Under the pieces are notes generated by a model that was not told where the DNA came from, did no database searches, and saw nothing but the letters and a program-made list of their open reading frames with translations. Both the position numbers and the translations under genes were made by a program. 64,000 nucleotides of DNA from Patellaria atrata CBS 101060 (Eukaryota): the NCBI GenBank assembly GCA_010093705.1, contig MU006089.1:942157-1006156 (forward strand), given 5' to 3'. Positions within the stretch are counted from its first letter, which is position 1. Each line of letters opens with the position of its first letter. Shown piece by piece: positions 25,929 to 37,365 of this stretch.

Positions 25929-27333
25929 CTACAGGTCCATGAGAGCGGCGGCCGCACGCTCGCTAGATACATAGATTACATCGTGCTTATCAGAGAAACC
26001 GTTGAAGGCTGTAGCTGAGGCGCGGGTGTACGCACCCATGTTCTCGAAGTAAAGCCAGTCACCGATGTCAATGGTGGTCTGGAAGCTGCTCTCCTTGGAG
26101 ATGCAGTCAATGGAGTCGCACGTTGGGCCCCAGAGAGAGTAGTCGGTTTGGAACTCAGGTCCGTAGTTCTCTTCTTCCTGGTTGTACATGTTACGGTTGC
26201 CAATCCTCAGAAGCTTGGGCTGAGGTGCTTGGTGATCGAAGATGATGTTGGAGAAGTTTCCATACACACCGTCGTTGAGGTAGAGCATGTAAGAGGTCTT
26301 GTTGGTCTCCTCATCGTGGACGGGACGACGAGCAATGACCGCTGCGGCGACAGTGAAGGCGCGCGAAACATAGTACCTTCCGGGCTCACCAATGATGCGA
26401 ACGTGAGCAGGCATGTAGGTCTCAAGAGCCTCAGACAGGGTAGCTGCGCTTCCCTCGAAGGTCTCTGGGACGAACCCACCACCAATATCGAGAGTCTTCA
26501 AGGTGTACCCTACCTCCTCAGCTTGGTCGAAGACCCAGCGTGCGTCCCGCACGGCCTTAAGGTAAGCCAAGGGATCCGTAGAGCCGGAGCCCACGTGGAA
26601 GGCGACACCAACGATATTGAGGCCAAGCTCACGTGCAAGGTCGAGCAAGCCCCTGACAGTATCCATAGGTGCACCAAACTTCAAGCTAAGGCGGCTGGTG
26701 GCGCCTGAGTCATCGGTGGCAATCCTCAAGAAGAGTTCTGCGTCTGGGAAGTGCTGTTGGACCTTGTAAAGCTCGTCCGCGTTGTCGAATGTCATCTGCT
26801 TGACACCGTTTTGCTGGGAATACTTGATGTAAGACTTGGTCTTGCAAGGGTTGGCATAGATGATGCGGGATGGGTCAACACCCATGCTCAAGACCTGTTC
26901 GATCTCGCCACGGGAGGCGCAGTCGAAACCGGTACCAAGAGCTGCGAGGAGGCGAAGAACGCCTGGAGCGGGGTTGCACTTGACGGCTGTTCGGACGTTA
27001 GAATTGACCACGTGTAATTAAGACAAAGTTATGCTTACCATAGTGAGGCTTGACGCGGGGCAAGTTGAGCTTCCAACGAAGGTGTTGGCGGTAGACCTCG
27101 CCCAAGTCAACGACGAAGAATGGATCTTCCTCTCCTGCTTCGCAAGTATCCTGGTTGATGGATTGGACGCGCCTCTTGAGGGCTTCGCCAATAACTAGCT
27201 TAGACCTCTCTGCAACATTGTAGTTGGGAGCCTTGTAGGTAACCGGGGAGGTGGTGTCGAACGGTACGATAGACTTAACGACCGGTGCCGGTGCGTATTC
27301 CTCGAAAGTGGTGGTGATAGCAGAAGGTGCCAT
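25929..27333 (-). CDS. SPE1: Ornithine decarboxylase (exons 27333-27039, 26986-25929)
   Basis: PHY-AVKCN (PLP lysine), GFDCAS, IIYANPCK, FHVGSG, LDIGGGF, EPGRYY, WGPTCDSID, MGAYT. Confidence 0.97.
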
Positions 27334-27405
27334 TGGGAAGAAGTGGGATGTGGGGAAGTTTTCTGGTGGGAAAACTGCAGAAAGACCGCTGGTCCTTGAC
27401 TCCTG

Positions 27406-27648
27406 TTATGGAGGTTTGAAGGGCGTAAAGCCTGAAACTAGTTGCTGGCGAGGTCTCCTCGACTCTTCCTCCGCGAGGGGAAGGAGTCCCGGGAGCGTCC
27501 TATGCGGCAGGTAAGAAGGTTGGTCTAAAGCAGCAGCGGTTGTTCGTGAAGGGTTGATAAAGCGCTCAGATCTAAGAGACTGTAGTAGCGGTCGCAGTGG
27601 GAGGAGGGACGCTGTTGAGAATGTCTGGATGTGGTCGAATGGATACAA
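27406..27648 (-). promoter_or_regulatory. Non-AUG (UUG) uORF in the ODC leader, putative uCC, 80 aa ending SGFTPFKPP-stop
   Basis: No ATG on the minus strand between 27857 and 27334; TTG with A at -3 (TCCAAG TTG); stop 72 nt before the ODC AUG; TATAAA at 27806-27801. Confidence 0.7.
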
Positions 27649-29545
27649 CTTGGAGGGGAACCTGATTGAACTGTGGCGCCGTGATGTTACGAGGCCGCCT
27701 TTGCGAGTGAAAGGCAGCTAGATGTTTGAAGCAAGGGAAGTAAAGATGGTGTGTGACGGATGTCTGATGGAAACTGTATTCGGTCGCGGGTTGGGTCGAA
27801 TTTATATTCAGATTGAATGGGTTGAATGGATTGCGGTGTGAGTTGATTAGAAAGGAACATTTGAGGGGTTTGTGTATATGATTTTTCGCCAAGGACGAGG
27901 GCGAGTGTGTGCGGCCAGGGCAGATTGGACTTGGACTTGCCCTGAGCTGCCTCAACCTGCCTCCAAAGCCCAATACACGCCTCTTCCTCTTCACTACTGT
28001 ACACTAATTGATCCTACCGAAGCACGACAAACTAGAAGATCTCGTCAGCCGCTATGAGCATCATCAGCCTTGTTTGTCTTTGTCCGATTGTGGGGTTGAG
28101 GCTGGTCGGACGTAGTTACGCTCGAGCTTCAACTCCATTGAGCATCCTACGGCTTCTTTCAGGGCTTCGAAAAGATCTTCGTAACCCAAAGGTTACTATG
28201 GCGTGTGCCGAAAGACCCTTGATCTACCCTTCATGGTCATTTTTACTGTTTCACGCAATTCTTAACGCATCCTTTCATGCATCCCCTTATGTGGCCAGTA
28301 CTCGGGGGAAGGTATGGGTAGGTGTGGTGGGTATGGTAGGGGGTTAGGGGATATTGAGGGAGGGGGGTGAGTACTGTACATACAGTACAGCTCTTTTCCG
28401 CAAACCCTAATAAGGTACCTTATAAGCTTGTTCAGCATTTTGTGTATGGGCTCTACCTCAGGGAGCAGCATGGTGATGTGCAGATTGGCACTGCTACTGC
28501 TGCTACCCTACCTTACATTTCCCACAACATGCAGGGCATTCTAAAGCAGCTGTTGCCAACATGGAGCTGGCATGAAGCTGGCTTGAAGCTGGCATGGAGA
28601 ACACGATACGCTACGCAATATGGAATATTGGGCACTAGGACACCACCCACTTTTCCCTTTTCTACAGTACACATGGCGACACGTGCGTTTGATTTTGCAA
28701 ATACTCCGGAATTTATTTATGGATTTTCGCTTGGTACTGCAAGACAGTGGAGGTAAGGTAGAACTAACTGAACATGCTGAAGTGGCTGCGGTGCGTAGGT
28801 ATGAAAGCCGTTCCTTACGGTACCTGAAGCCGTAGACGCAAAGCCCCCCAACCAGTCCGAACGATCAACGATCATCAATCATCCAAGCGCAATTCCAAAC
28901 ACCCCAATTTATTATTGTACTTTACCATCTTGTTCTCTGCTTCTTGGTCCTCACGAGCTTACAGAGATACCTTAGCGTCTTGTACGGTTCCAACCTAAAG
29001 TCTGAAACTATCTCCACTTGTCGCGGGTCCGACAAGAAAGCTGAAAACGTTATACGAAGGATTACTCAGGCAAGAAGTTGAGTATGAACGGAAAGCCTCC
29101 CCATCTGATCGTTCCACGGCATTTCGAGCACATGGGTTTGGATCTGCAGGGCAGAGGAGAGTTTGCTTCCCATTACTACTTTCGCGACTCCATCTTTGCC
29201 CCGATTTGCTCAATAGACATGCGTGCAGGACTTTCTCACTCCTATCGACTATCGAGAAATACCTGAATCCGACTGTTCGCGTACGCAAATAAGCTTGGAT
29301 CCTCACAGACTAAGATTCGGGCAGTTAAGCTGCTCGTCTCAGATTCCCGTCCGTACAATCCGATCGAGCTTCTTGCACATCATGAGCCATGGCGTATTCA
29401 CTAATTCGGATTCGTCCGTACCAAGCGGGCCTTAACAGACTCTATATCGGCATCCTTCCAGGTAAGACGGACTGCACAATATCCTCCTTTGATTTCGCCT
29501 CAATAGTCCCCAGAATTGCACTAGGAGAGAATCAATCGTTTGTCT

Positions 29546-30686
29546 TCAGACAAACTCTGACATAATAAGTTCATCTCTTCCGTGAAATATGTACATGTCC
29601 ACTTGCTCCGCCGCGAAAGAATCTTCCCTAGGCAAAGGAAGGCTCGTCTTTGCACTGATGACAAGATCTTCCTCGGCCATGAGATCGAGAAAGATCGCCT
29701 CAGTCGGATGCCGTACTTTCGTTGCTAGCGCTACAGTCGCCTTGGGAGATCGCTTTACCAGAGTCGATATAGTACGGACAAGTGCAGGGATGGTGTCCGT
29801 GTTGTAAGTGCATTCCGATACCAGAATCAGGTCGATGAGCCTGCTCATGATATTCTCTGGTAATGGCATTTCCCAGTCTACAGCTTGGAACGCCACCTTC
29901 GACTTCATGGCAGGCTTCATCACGGATAAATTTTGGAGCGTTATTTCTTCAGCCTCAGGAAGGTCTGTAAGCAAAACGTCACAGTCAGAAATGGTTTGAG
30001 CCAGACTGATCCCCACCATTCCAACACCACTACCAAGCTCCAGAACGTTGACCCTCTTGTACGACGATGAACTCAGAACGCGCGCGAAAATCGGGAGATC
30101 ATCAGCTCGTGAAGCGGCTATTCGATCGATATAGGCCACCAGGGCGACACCTCCGTCCCTGGTTCAAGTCAGATTGATAATCTGCCCTAACTCGCTAGGA
30201 TAGGAGTCAATGGACAAACCAGATGTGGCGAGCAATACTTTCGCCAGTTTCTTCCCATATGCTCAATGTTCGGTGGTTCATCGGCCTAAATCGCCTTTCG
30301 ACCTTTCTTTCGGCTTGCTTTATTCCTTGGAGGGGGTCAAGAATGCTGCTCCAAACGGAAACTATGCTAGGAAGATAATTGTCGTCTTGTTGGTTCTCAA
30401 AAAGATCTGCATCGACGAAATTCTTCAGGCCAACGTGTACCCGCGCCGGCCAATTCATTTTTGACTTTGAGATGTCGAAAGAAACCGGACAAGCTCTCAT
30501 CCCTGCAGACCATTTTACGGTCTGTCGTAACATTACTTTGCCATGAGTATCGTTGGAGCGTACACTCGCCGACAAAAGCAAGTCTTCGGCTAGGAAACTG
30601 TCTCCCAAATCGGACGTGACAGTTATGACTGACTTGATAGACTGGCCTTCTAGCTTCGGCTGCTTGAGAAAACGGACATATCTCAT
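29546..30686 (-). CDS. METTL21/Methyltransf_16 family protein methyltransferase (2 exons)
   Basis: MRYVRFLK start; IWEETGESIARHIW-DGG; VLELGSGVGMVG; LLTDLPE; DLILVSECTYN. Confidence 0.88.
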
Positions 30687-31004
30687 CGCACATATAAAGA
30701 GTCGGTCTTTGTAAAGCAAGAAGAAAAATCACGTCGAGGAGTAGGAAAAGTGACAGTACTCTTGTGGGAACCAGATGGTGAGTTCTGTTGTGCTTGAGAT
30801 TTTCCGACTTTGAAATTGATTGTGAAAAGAACGATTGAGCAGTCCTCCCTTCCTGTAAAATAGTATAGGCTTTATCTGCTAGTTTTCGTAGGTATCTAAA
30901 ATAGGATTACTACCTATGTTCCTGATTCTACCCTGTTGAAATCACTGCAGTGAGATAAGTGTGCAAGGTTAAAGATGAAGGAATATCAAGGTATATTGAG
31001 CGGG

Positions 31005-32303
31005 GTTATCGGAATACGGGTTAAACTATAGATTAGTTATCGTATTAGTAGTCACGTGACCCTAGTATTTATCTTATAAGATAAGGTCCCTACTTAATAA
31101 TATAATATACTTCTCTTATTTTCTATATTTTAATAGTTAAAAAAAGTTTTAATAAATTTTTAATTATATAATGAAAAAGCTTTTTCAAAATTTATTTATT
31201 TAAAAAAATTTACTTTTTTTATTATATAATATATATTTAATAAATAGTTAAAAACTTTATAATTTTATATTAAAATATAAATTATTATATAAATCTTTTT
31301 ATATTAACTTATAAAAATTTAAAAAAAAAATATTCTTTTTAAATTTGAAAAATAATAGAAATATATTAACATAGGTTATAAGCGAGTCGCCAGCCCAGCA
31401 ACTTTCTACATCATCCTAACTATTAACATCAATGGCTCAACCATGTATTACTCAATCAAGCTATCAAGAGGCAGATATTATTCTTGCTATCTTCTCTATT
31501 CAGAATAAGCAGATCAAGAGCACTAACTACGCTGCTTCAATGTACAATGTCCCTCGATTAACACTCCGTGACCGACTGTTACAACGGGAGTCTATACTTA
31601 TCGTGACAGAACAGGATAAGTCTAGAAACGCGCCTTGCTTCTCACTTAACGTGGTCAACCACCAGGGTAGGTTTGGCAAAGTGATAGGATACGTATAACA
31701 AAGGCACTTCAAGTTGTCGACACAACTTGCTGACTCCTTGACTTCGGGTGATGCTCACAACGAGACAAGACGTACTGTATGGAAACAGCGTAACAAATGA
31801 AGTCAAGTTCAAAACCGTAACGTCCCAATCTATGGGTAAGATTGATAGTAAGAATAACTACGAAGAATCTAAATACATGAGGGAAAGACCGTCCTTAAAT
31901 ATTCCTATCCTCCATAGTTCAATTTGGTGGTGCTCGCTCTGCTCGCTCCTGAGAACGTCGAGCACATCGATCACTTCGATCACTGTCACGTGACTTCCTC
32001 CCGTGATGGTTATTCCGTTCCGACACGTCTTGCGTTACCGCCCCACTGGTAATGCTGTTCTTTCGTCCTGTGGGCGTAACAATAATTTTATTTTTAAAAA
32101 TATTCAATATTTTTTAAAAAGTAAAAGAAAATAAATAGAAATATAAAAATATAAGTTAAATTATAGATTAATTATTATTTTAATAGTGATATAATTCTAG
32201 TTTTTATTTAAATAAGATAAGATCCCTACCTAATAATATAATATGCTTCTCTTATTTTCTAGAGGGTTATCTATCCATTATTACGAGTTTGGGTTCCGTA
32301 ACA
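31005..32303. mobile_element. RIP-degraded composite transposon relic bounded by ~115-bp direct repeats (LTR-like)
   Basis: About 31011-31125 aligns with 32146-32261, differing mostly by C>T/G>A; extremely AT-rich inner flanks; right copy runs on to ...TTCCGTAACA. Confidence 0.7.
31369..31576 (+). pseudogene. 5' fragment of a Fot1/pogo-type DNA transposon: TIR-like end plus HTH (psq-like) transposase N-terminus
   Basis: TA-ACATAGGTTATAAGCGAGTCG end, then ATG at 31432: QEADIILAIFSIQNKQIKSTNYAASMYNVPRLTLRDR; breaks off at TGTTAC (31577). Confidence 0.7.
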
Positions 32304-32585
32304 TTAGCCTCCTTCAACCGTAGCCTTACTGACGCTTTGTATCCGGTTACAACGGCCTTGAACGTCACTACGGGCTGCAGGCTCATTCTAGTGATATCTG
32401 ACCTTTACCAACTTCCACACACCGCGGATGCTATCGACTACTAAAGCAATGCATTCAGGATTGGAATATTCGTGAGCATAATGCATTTCAAGCATCCACC
32501 ATTGCTCTTGGCCATTGACCGGTAATCACCAGTAACAAACCACCAAGGTCACCTCCGCGGCTCAGCGTACAGTTCTGGCGGCGTC

Positions 32586-33977
32586 ATGTACTCAAGAAAT
32601 GACCCACGATTGCGGCGCACACTCAATCAACTGTCACAGAACATTGAGTCCGCAAACGAGTCGGCACAAGCAAATCTCTTTACATTTTCGCAACACTACA
32701 TCAGCCCCTGCCTTTCGTCTATAGGCAATTGCTTCCATAGCTGTACAGCCTTGTGTTTCCCTTCGCGCGAAGAGCGACTACGGCGCAATCGGAACAGAGC
32801 TCGGTCTCGCGGCAGGGCAGAGCTCAGCTTTGATTTCTACGATGACTGGGAAGAGGAGGAGAATGATGCGCTGCTGGGATGGGGGAGTAATGAATTTGAT
32901 AGGTTGCTGTCGGGACCTGGGGGTTATGGAACAACTTCTCAACCTAGCCGTCAAGCAGGAATGACTTACGTCCCACATAGAGGTGGACGTAGATTGAGCG
33001 GCGTGCAATCACGCGACGGTGGTCCTGACCCAACTATCATTCCGAGCTCGTCATACTTTGGATTTCTCGGAAAACTACCATGGAAGATTGGTGGTAAAGG
33101 GTTAAAGTACAAGCCGTCTGCCGCAGACTTACAAGAACACCCTGGTGCTGGACGGAGATCTCTAGATGAGCAGCATCCTCTGATCGAAGAAAGTGAAGAG
33201 GAGGAACCTAGCAGACTGACGGTAAAACATAAGAGAAATAGGAGCGAAACGGCAACCTCAGGGCATACAACTGATTCTCTCAGTTCCCGCGGAGACATAT
33301 TTCCTAGTGAGGATGAAATTGACGATGCTATTCCGCTAGATGACGAGTTCGCAATGGCACTTGAACGCCGCGGAACAGTGTCATATCCTCCAGACGAAGT
33401 TAGCAGTGGCAAAAGTCGCTCAGGCAAAGCGTCGTCGAAATCCCGTCATTCTACGCGGACAACATCCTCAAAAAGCATTCAAATGGGCAAACAAGCTAGA
33501 GGGGAGAATTCGTCAGCAGCGCAAGATAAGGTCTCAGATTTTGGAATTGAAAGCATCCCCTCTCTTGCGGACATCAAACAGGAAAATGAAAGGGTGCAAA
33601 AGGAGGAGGAGGAACAAGTGGAAAAGAAGCGCGAGGCAGCTAGGAAGCTCGCTATCACGTGTGGCTTGTCAACTGAACGTCCTATAACTCCATCATCAGG
33701 AAGCAAAACAGAAGCGCTAAAAGCGGAAACCCCAGCTCCGCTTACTCCACGTTCAGATCCGGGGCTTGTCTCGTCCCCACTGAGCGCTAGATCTCCGGAA
33801 CCCTCGGAAATGATACCATTTCCCACTTTCGACCCTCGAGGACCCCCAGACAGTCCTTCAATTCGGTCTGGCCAACGGTCGCCTTTTGAATTCCAGACTC
33901 GATCGTATGCAGCAAATGGACCTTCAACGGATTTCATCCCAGCTAAACTACCTCAATTCTACCATGCGTCTGATTAG
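32586..33977 (+). CDS. Hypothetical fungal protein, largely disordered
   Basis: 463-aa ORF with ELSFDFYDDW, LKYKPSAADLQEHP and DSLSSRGDIFPSEDE-DDAIPLDDEF blocks; the true start could be upstream. Confidence 0.8.
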   Translation: MYSRNDPRLRRTLNQLSQNIESANESAQANLFTFSQHYISPCLSSIGNCFHSCTALCFPSREERLRRNRNRARSRGRAELSFDFYDDWEEEENDALLGWGSNEFDRLLSGPGGYGTTSQPSRQAGMTYVPHRGGRRLSGVQSRDGGPDPTIIPSSSYFGFLGKLPWKIGGKGLKYKPSAADLQEHPGAGRRSLDEQHPLIEESEEEEPSRLTVKHKRNRSETATSGHTTDSLSSRGDIFPSEDEIDDAIPLDDEFAMALERRGTVSYPPDEVSSGKSRSGKASSKSRHSTRTTSSKSIQMGKQARGENSSAAQDKVSDFGIESIPSLADIKQENERVQKEEEEQVEKKREAARKLAITCGLSTERPITPSSGSKTEALKAETPAPLTPRSDPGLVSSPLSARSPEPSEMIPFPTFDPRGPPDSPSIRSGQRSPFEFQTRSYAANGPSTDFIPAKLPQFYHASD

Positions 33978-34654
33978 AAAACTCATTCCCGGAGATTGAA
34001 CAAACTCTTTCATAGCAACCGCCATGAACTACATCTTTCTATTACTTCGAAGTGTAGCTGGTGAAAATAAGCGCCCTATCCAGAGCCGAGTATGAAGGAT
34101 CAAATCCACGTACTGTATGAGACATAGCCTAGGGTTCAGCTTCAAAGAACTACGGCCAATAGACCGCATGCAAGCAAAAGATGCGTCCTGTGCATCTATA
34201 TACAAAGCGCTAATCACTGGCGCGTGATTAGGATGTCTTACAATGGCGAAGAAGACGCAGGGTCAGACCCTGGCTAACTCTCTTCACAATGTTTTACATT
34301 TTAGTCCTTACCAACATAGGCTACTTTAAAGGCATATGTTCCTAGAGATCGTTTCAAGGACCTTACGGCCAGTTCATGTTGTAACATATTTGGCAAATAT
34401 CAGAATATACCAGACACTTTTACTAGCGCTGTTGCTGTAAGATTATAGAGAAATCATACGAGTCTGATTTTAGGCCCCCAGAATCATTGATAGTCAGCGA
34501 CACGGCAAGGGGTTAGGACAACACTCTTAATTTACAACAGGGTATAGTAATATTGGTGACAGTCTGCTATCAAGCGCGGATACAGTGCTTCCACTCATAG
34601 CTGGCGACTGAAATCTACGGTATCCCACCTACCATACACGGGGTTTGGTAGGGT

Positions 34655-35213
34655 CTAACTCCGGGGCGGAGGTCGCATGTTGGTCTTGACCCGCTCGATG
34701 AGTTCTTCTCTCGTAGTTTCACCATTTGGTATGAGATTTCGCTGTAAAAATAAGTTAGAAGATCCAAGGAGTTACGGTAATGATCGTCACAAATCGAACG
34801 ACGAGGACAATCATTCCCCAATTTCTGTCTTAGTCGTACGGAGTATGCACTCACGTTCTCGAGCCAGCGGCGCAGTTCTGTCAAGGTCCATGTTCCGGGG
34901 TCTAGTGCATGGGTTAGAGCATGTCCGTTGATTGATACGAATTCCAAGAATGCCTCCGGTGGGACTTACCACCGGTGGGATCCCTCTCGGCGGGAAATAT
35001 ATCACTTGGACCCCATATTGTCCAAGCTGCGGCCGCTGCAATCACGCCGCTGAAGGCTTTTGGGATTAGATATATTGACTGAATGCGAATGATTCGGCCC
35101 TACCTAGAAATGCATTCTGGAAGAAACCGATTAGATATTCCCATTAGTCTCAAAAATGTGGGGAGTCGCGTGCTCGCCTTTGAGTTTAACGCACGGTCTA
35201 ATGGAGTAGGCAT
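34655..35213 (-). CDS. Small 89-aa single-TM protein with Ish1/LEM-like 'W..ELRRWL...R.EL' motif; exons 35213-35178, 35116-35104, 35056-34970, 34901-34855, 34741-34655
   Basis: Manual splicing gives 270 nt in frame: MPTPLDRALNSKNAFLAFSGVIAAAAAWTIWGPSDIFPAERDPTGDPGTWTLTELRRWLENRNLIPNGETTREELIERVKTNMRPPPRS*. Intron 1 is GC-AG. Confidence 0.82.
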
Positions 35214-35499
35214 TGTTTTTCTCACAAAATTGTAGTAGATGTTAAATCTAATGCACATCAAATAGAAGGTAAGGAGGAATACGAATGCTTATATTATACT
35301 GGTAGGCAGGAGCAAGACCATGATGCAACCTGTCTGCTCTCGGGCGTCGTCATTTCTAGATGTGGCGTACCCCAATCCAGCTACCGCACCGCCACGGGAC
35401 CGTTAGCGAATTTCCGCGAACCTCTCCGCACAACAACTAAATTTTGATCGACTACGGCCCTGTCCAACTTCGATATACCAGTCCACCACATCGCCCACA

Positions 35500-35972
35500 A
35501 TGCCTTCCGAAGTCTCAGATATTAAACAGTTCATCGAGATCTGCCGTCGCAAGGACGCTTCCTGTGAGTTAATACCTAATCTATAGAGGAAGAGACGTTG
35601 GGATTCGAGAAATTCGAGTCTCTGCATCTTTGTGCGAGCAGGAGTAGAGACCTTTGAAAGGAATACAACGGAAGGATGACAATCTATGATGAGATCGATT
35701 GATGCTAATACATTTGAATTCAATAGCTGCGCGGATAAAGAAGAACAAGAAGTCGAACCAGATCAAGTTCAAGGTCCGATGCCACCGTCTCCTCTACACC
35801 CTCGTCCTCAAGGACTCAGATAAGGCCGAGAAGCTAAAGCAGAGCTTACCACCTGGTGAGAATAACATATTAAAACCTTGGGATAGTAATGCGATTAGGA
35901 CTAACACAATGGATAGGGCTCACGATCAGTGAAGTCCCCAAGAAGAACCAGAAGGGCAAGCGTGTTGCATAA
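35500..35972 (+). CDS. RPL38: 60S ribosomal protein eL38 (3 exons)
   Basis: [27 protein letters not shown]...[36 protein letters not shown]. Confidence 0.96.
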
Positions 35973-36195
35973 AGGGGCCAATGGAGCGAAGAAGGATTCC
36001 TAGTGGAGTTGAGGTTCTGTCAAATTACGATTACATGGCATTATGGGGTCAAATTCCTCCCAAAGTATTTCAAGATTAACGGAATTACGACGGTTCTGCT
36101 TGAACTTTTCCTAGCATCCCTTCGATTTTTGATTGTGAACCCTCGAACTGTGTATTTCAATTGCCTTACCCACTTTGAATATTTGAAGGTCTAAC

Positions 36196-37365
36196 TTAAA
36201 GCACACCATTGATTCCAAATCGGTACCGGTCTTTTCGTTCTAAGTATACTACCTTATTACTGAGACCAGCCTCTTTGACAGCTTTTTTGAAATCTTCAAG
36301 AGGAGATAGCATGACGCTATAGTCACTGTAAAGCATCAATGATCTGAAATGTTCTAGGAAATATGAAGTGCATCTGCTTACTCAAAATGAATAGGGATTG
36401 TGATATCGGGCTGTATCAATTGCAGTAGTTGAACGCCCTGCTTCGCATCCATTGTCACCACCAATAGGGGCGTTGAAGGAGAGGGAATTGTAGTTCCCCC
36501 AAGATGGATCAACATTAGGTCTATTTTCTGATCTCTATACCGTTCTGGGATCTCCTTTAACTCGTCAACCATGACAGTGTCGCCGGAGATATAGATGCGG
36601 TATCCACAATTAAAATTGTTTTCGACTAGGGGCCCGCTATAGTATCCCAACTCTATCATCCATCCATTGGTCGGCGGTACCTAAAGCGTTCAGTTACATC
36701 AAGCATTCGGATCTTACATAACTCACAGCGTTAATGAAATAATTCAAAACACCAGCTGCGCCAGCAACGTGCTTTCCAGGCATACCTGTGATCTTGATTG
36801 CTGGTCTCTTCTCGCTGACATCGGTTGAAAAATCTAGCATCAGGCTCTGAAAGAAATCGAGATCGTGGACGTCCGTGAAGGAGTCATCTCCCATGGACGT
36901 TAGACATCCTTTCGCGTGTGGTGTGGTGATTATGGGAAGGTCACGCCGAAGTGATGCTTCTACCTCTCGATCGAAGCGGTCCTCATGGTAATGGGAAAGG
37001 AACACTACGTCGATTGGAGGACTCTCATGCATGTCTATCACTGGGTTGGTGAGGCGTTCAGCAGTGACTCCCGGCCCTAGATGCACATGATCGCCTTTAT
37101 GCAGGAAGTTAGGCTATCATCATGATCAGAAATAGTGCAAGGTATTGGTTTAAGCTGGACGTTTAGTTACGTCGGTCATGATTCTAATGCCCTCCCACTC
37201 AAGTATGGTTGTAGCCGTTCCAACAAAGAACAGACTAGCATCTTCACCTCCATCGTCATTGGGATGTACTTTGGTCTCCTTCGCCTTGGGAAGAGACTCT
37301 GGAGGATGTGAATGGTCCCGTGTTGGCGGTTGCTTGTTTTCGGGATCAATTGTTAGATGCTTCAT
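36196..37365 (-). CDS. Metallo-beta-lactamase-fold Zn-dependent hydrolase (4 exons)
   Basis: FVGTATTILEW, MTD-PNFLH, LSHYHEDRFD, PGKH, YISGDT, IPIHF-DDY. Confidence 0.85.

Noticed and set aside
28401..28410. AACCCTAA (and CTAACCCT near 24795) as a telomerase RNA template or telomere seed
   Set aside because: Single short matches expected by chance; no supporting pseudoknot or other telomerase RNA elements seen.
35564..35727. Intronic snoRNA in RPL38 intron 1
   Set aside because: An ATGATGA lies near the 3' end but has no downstream CTGA; only a small hairpin is present.
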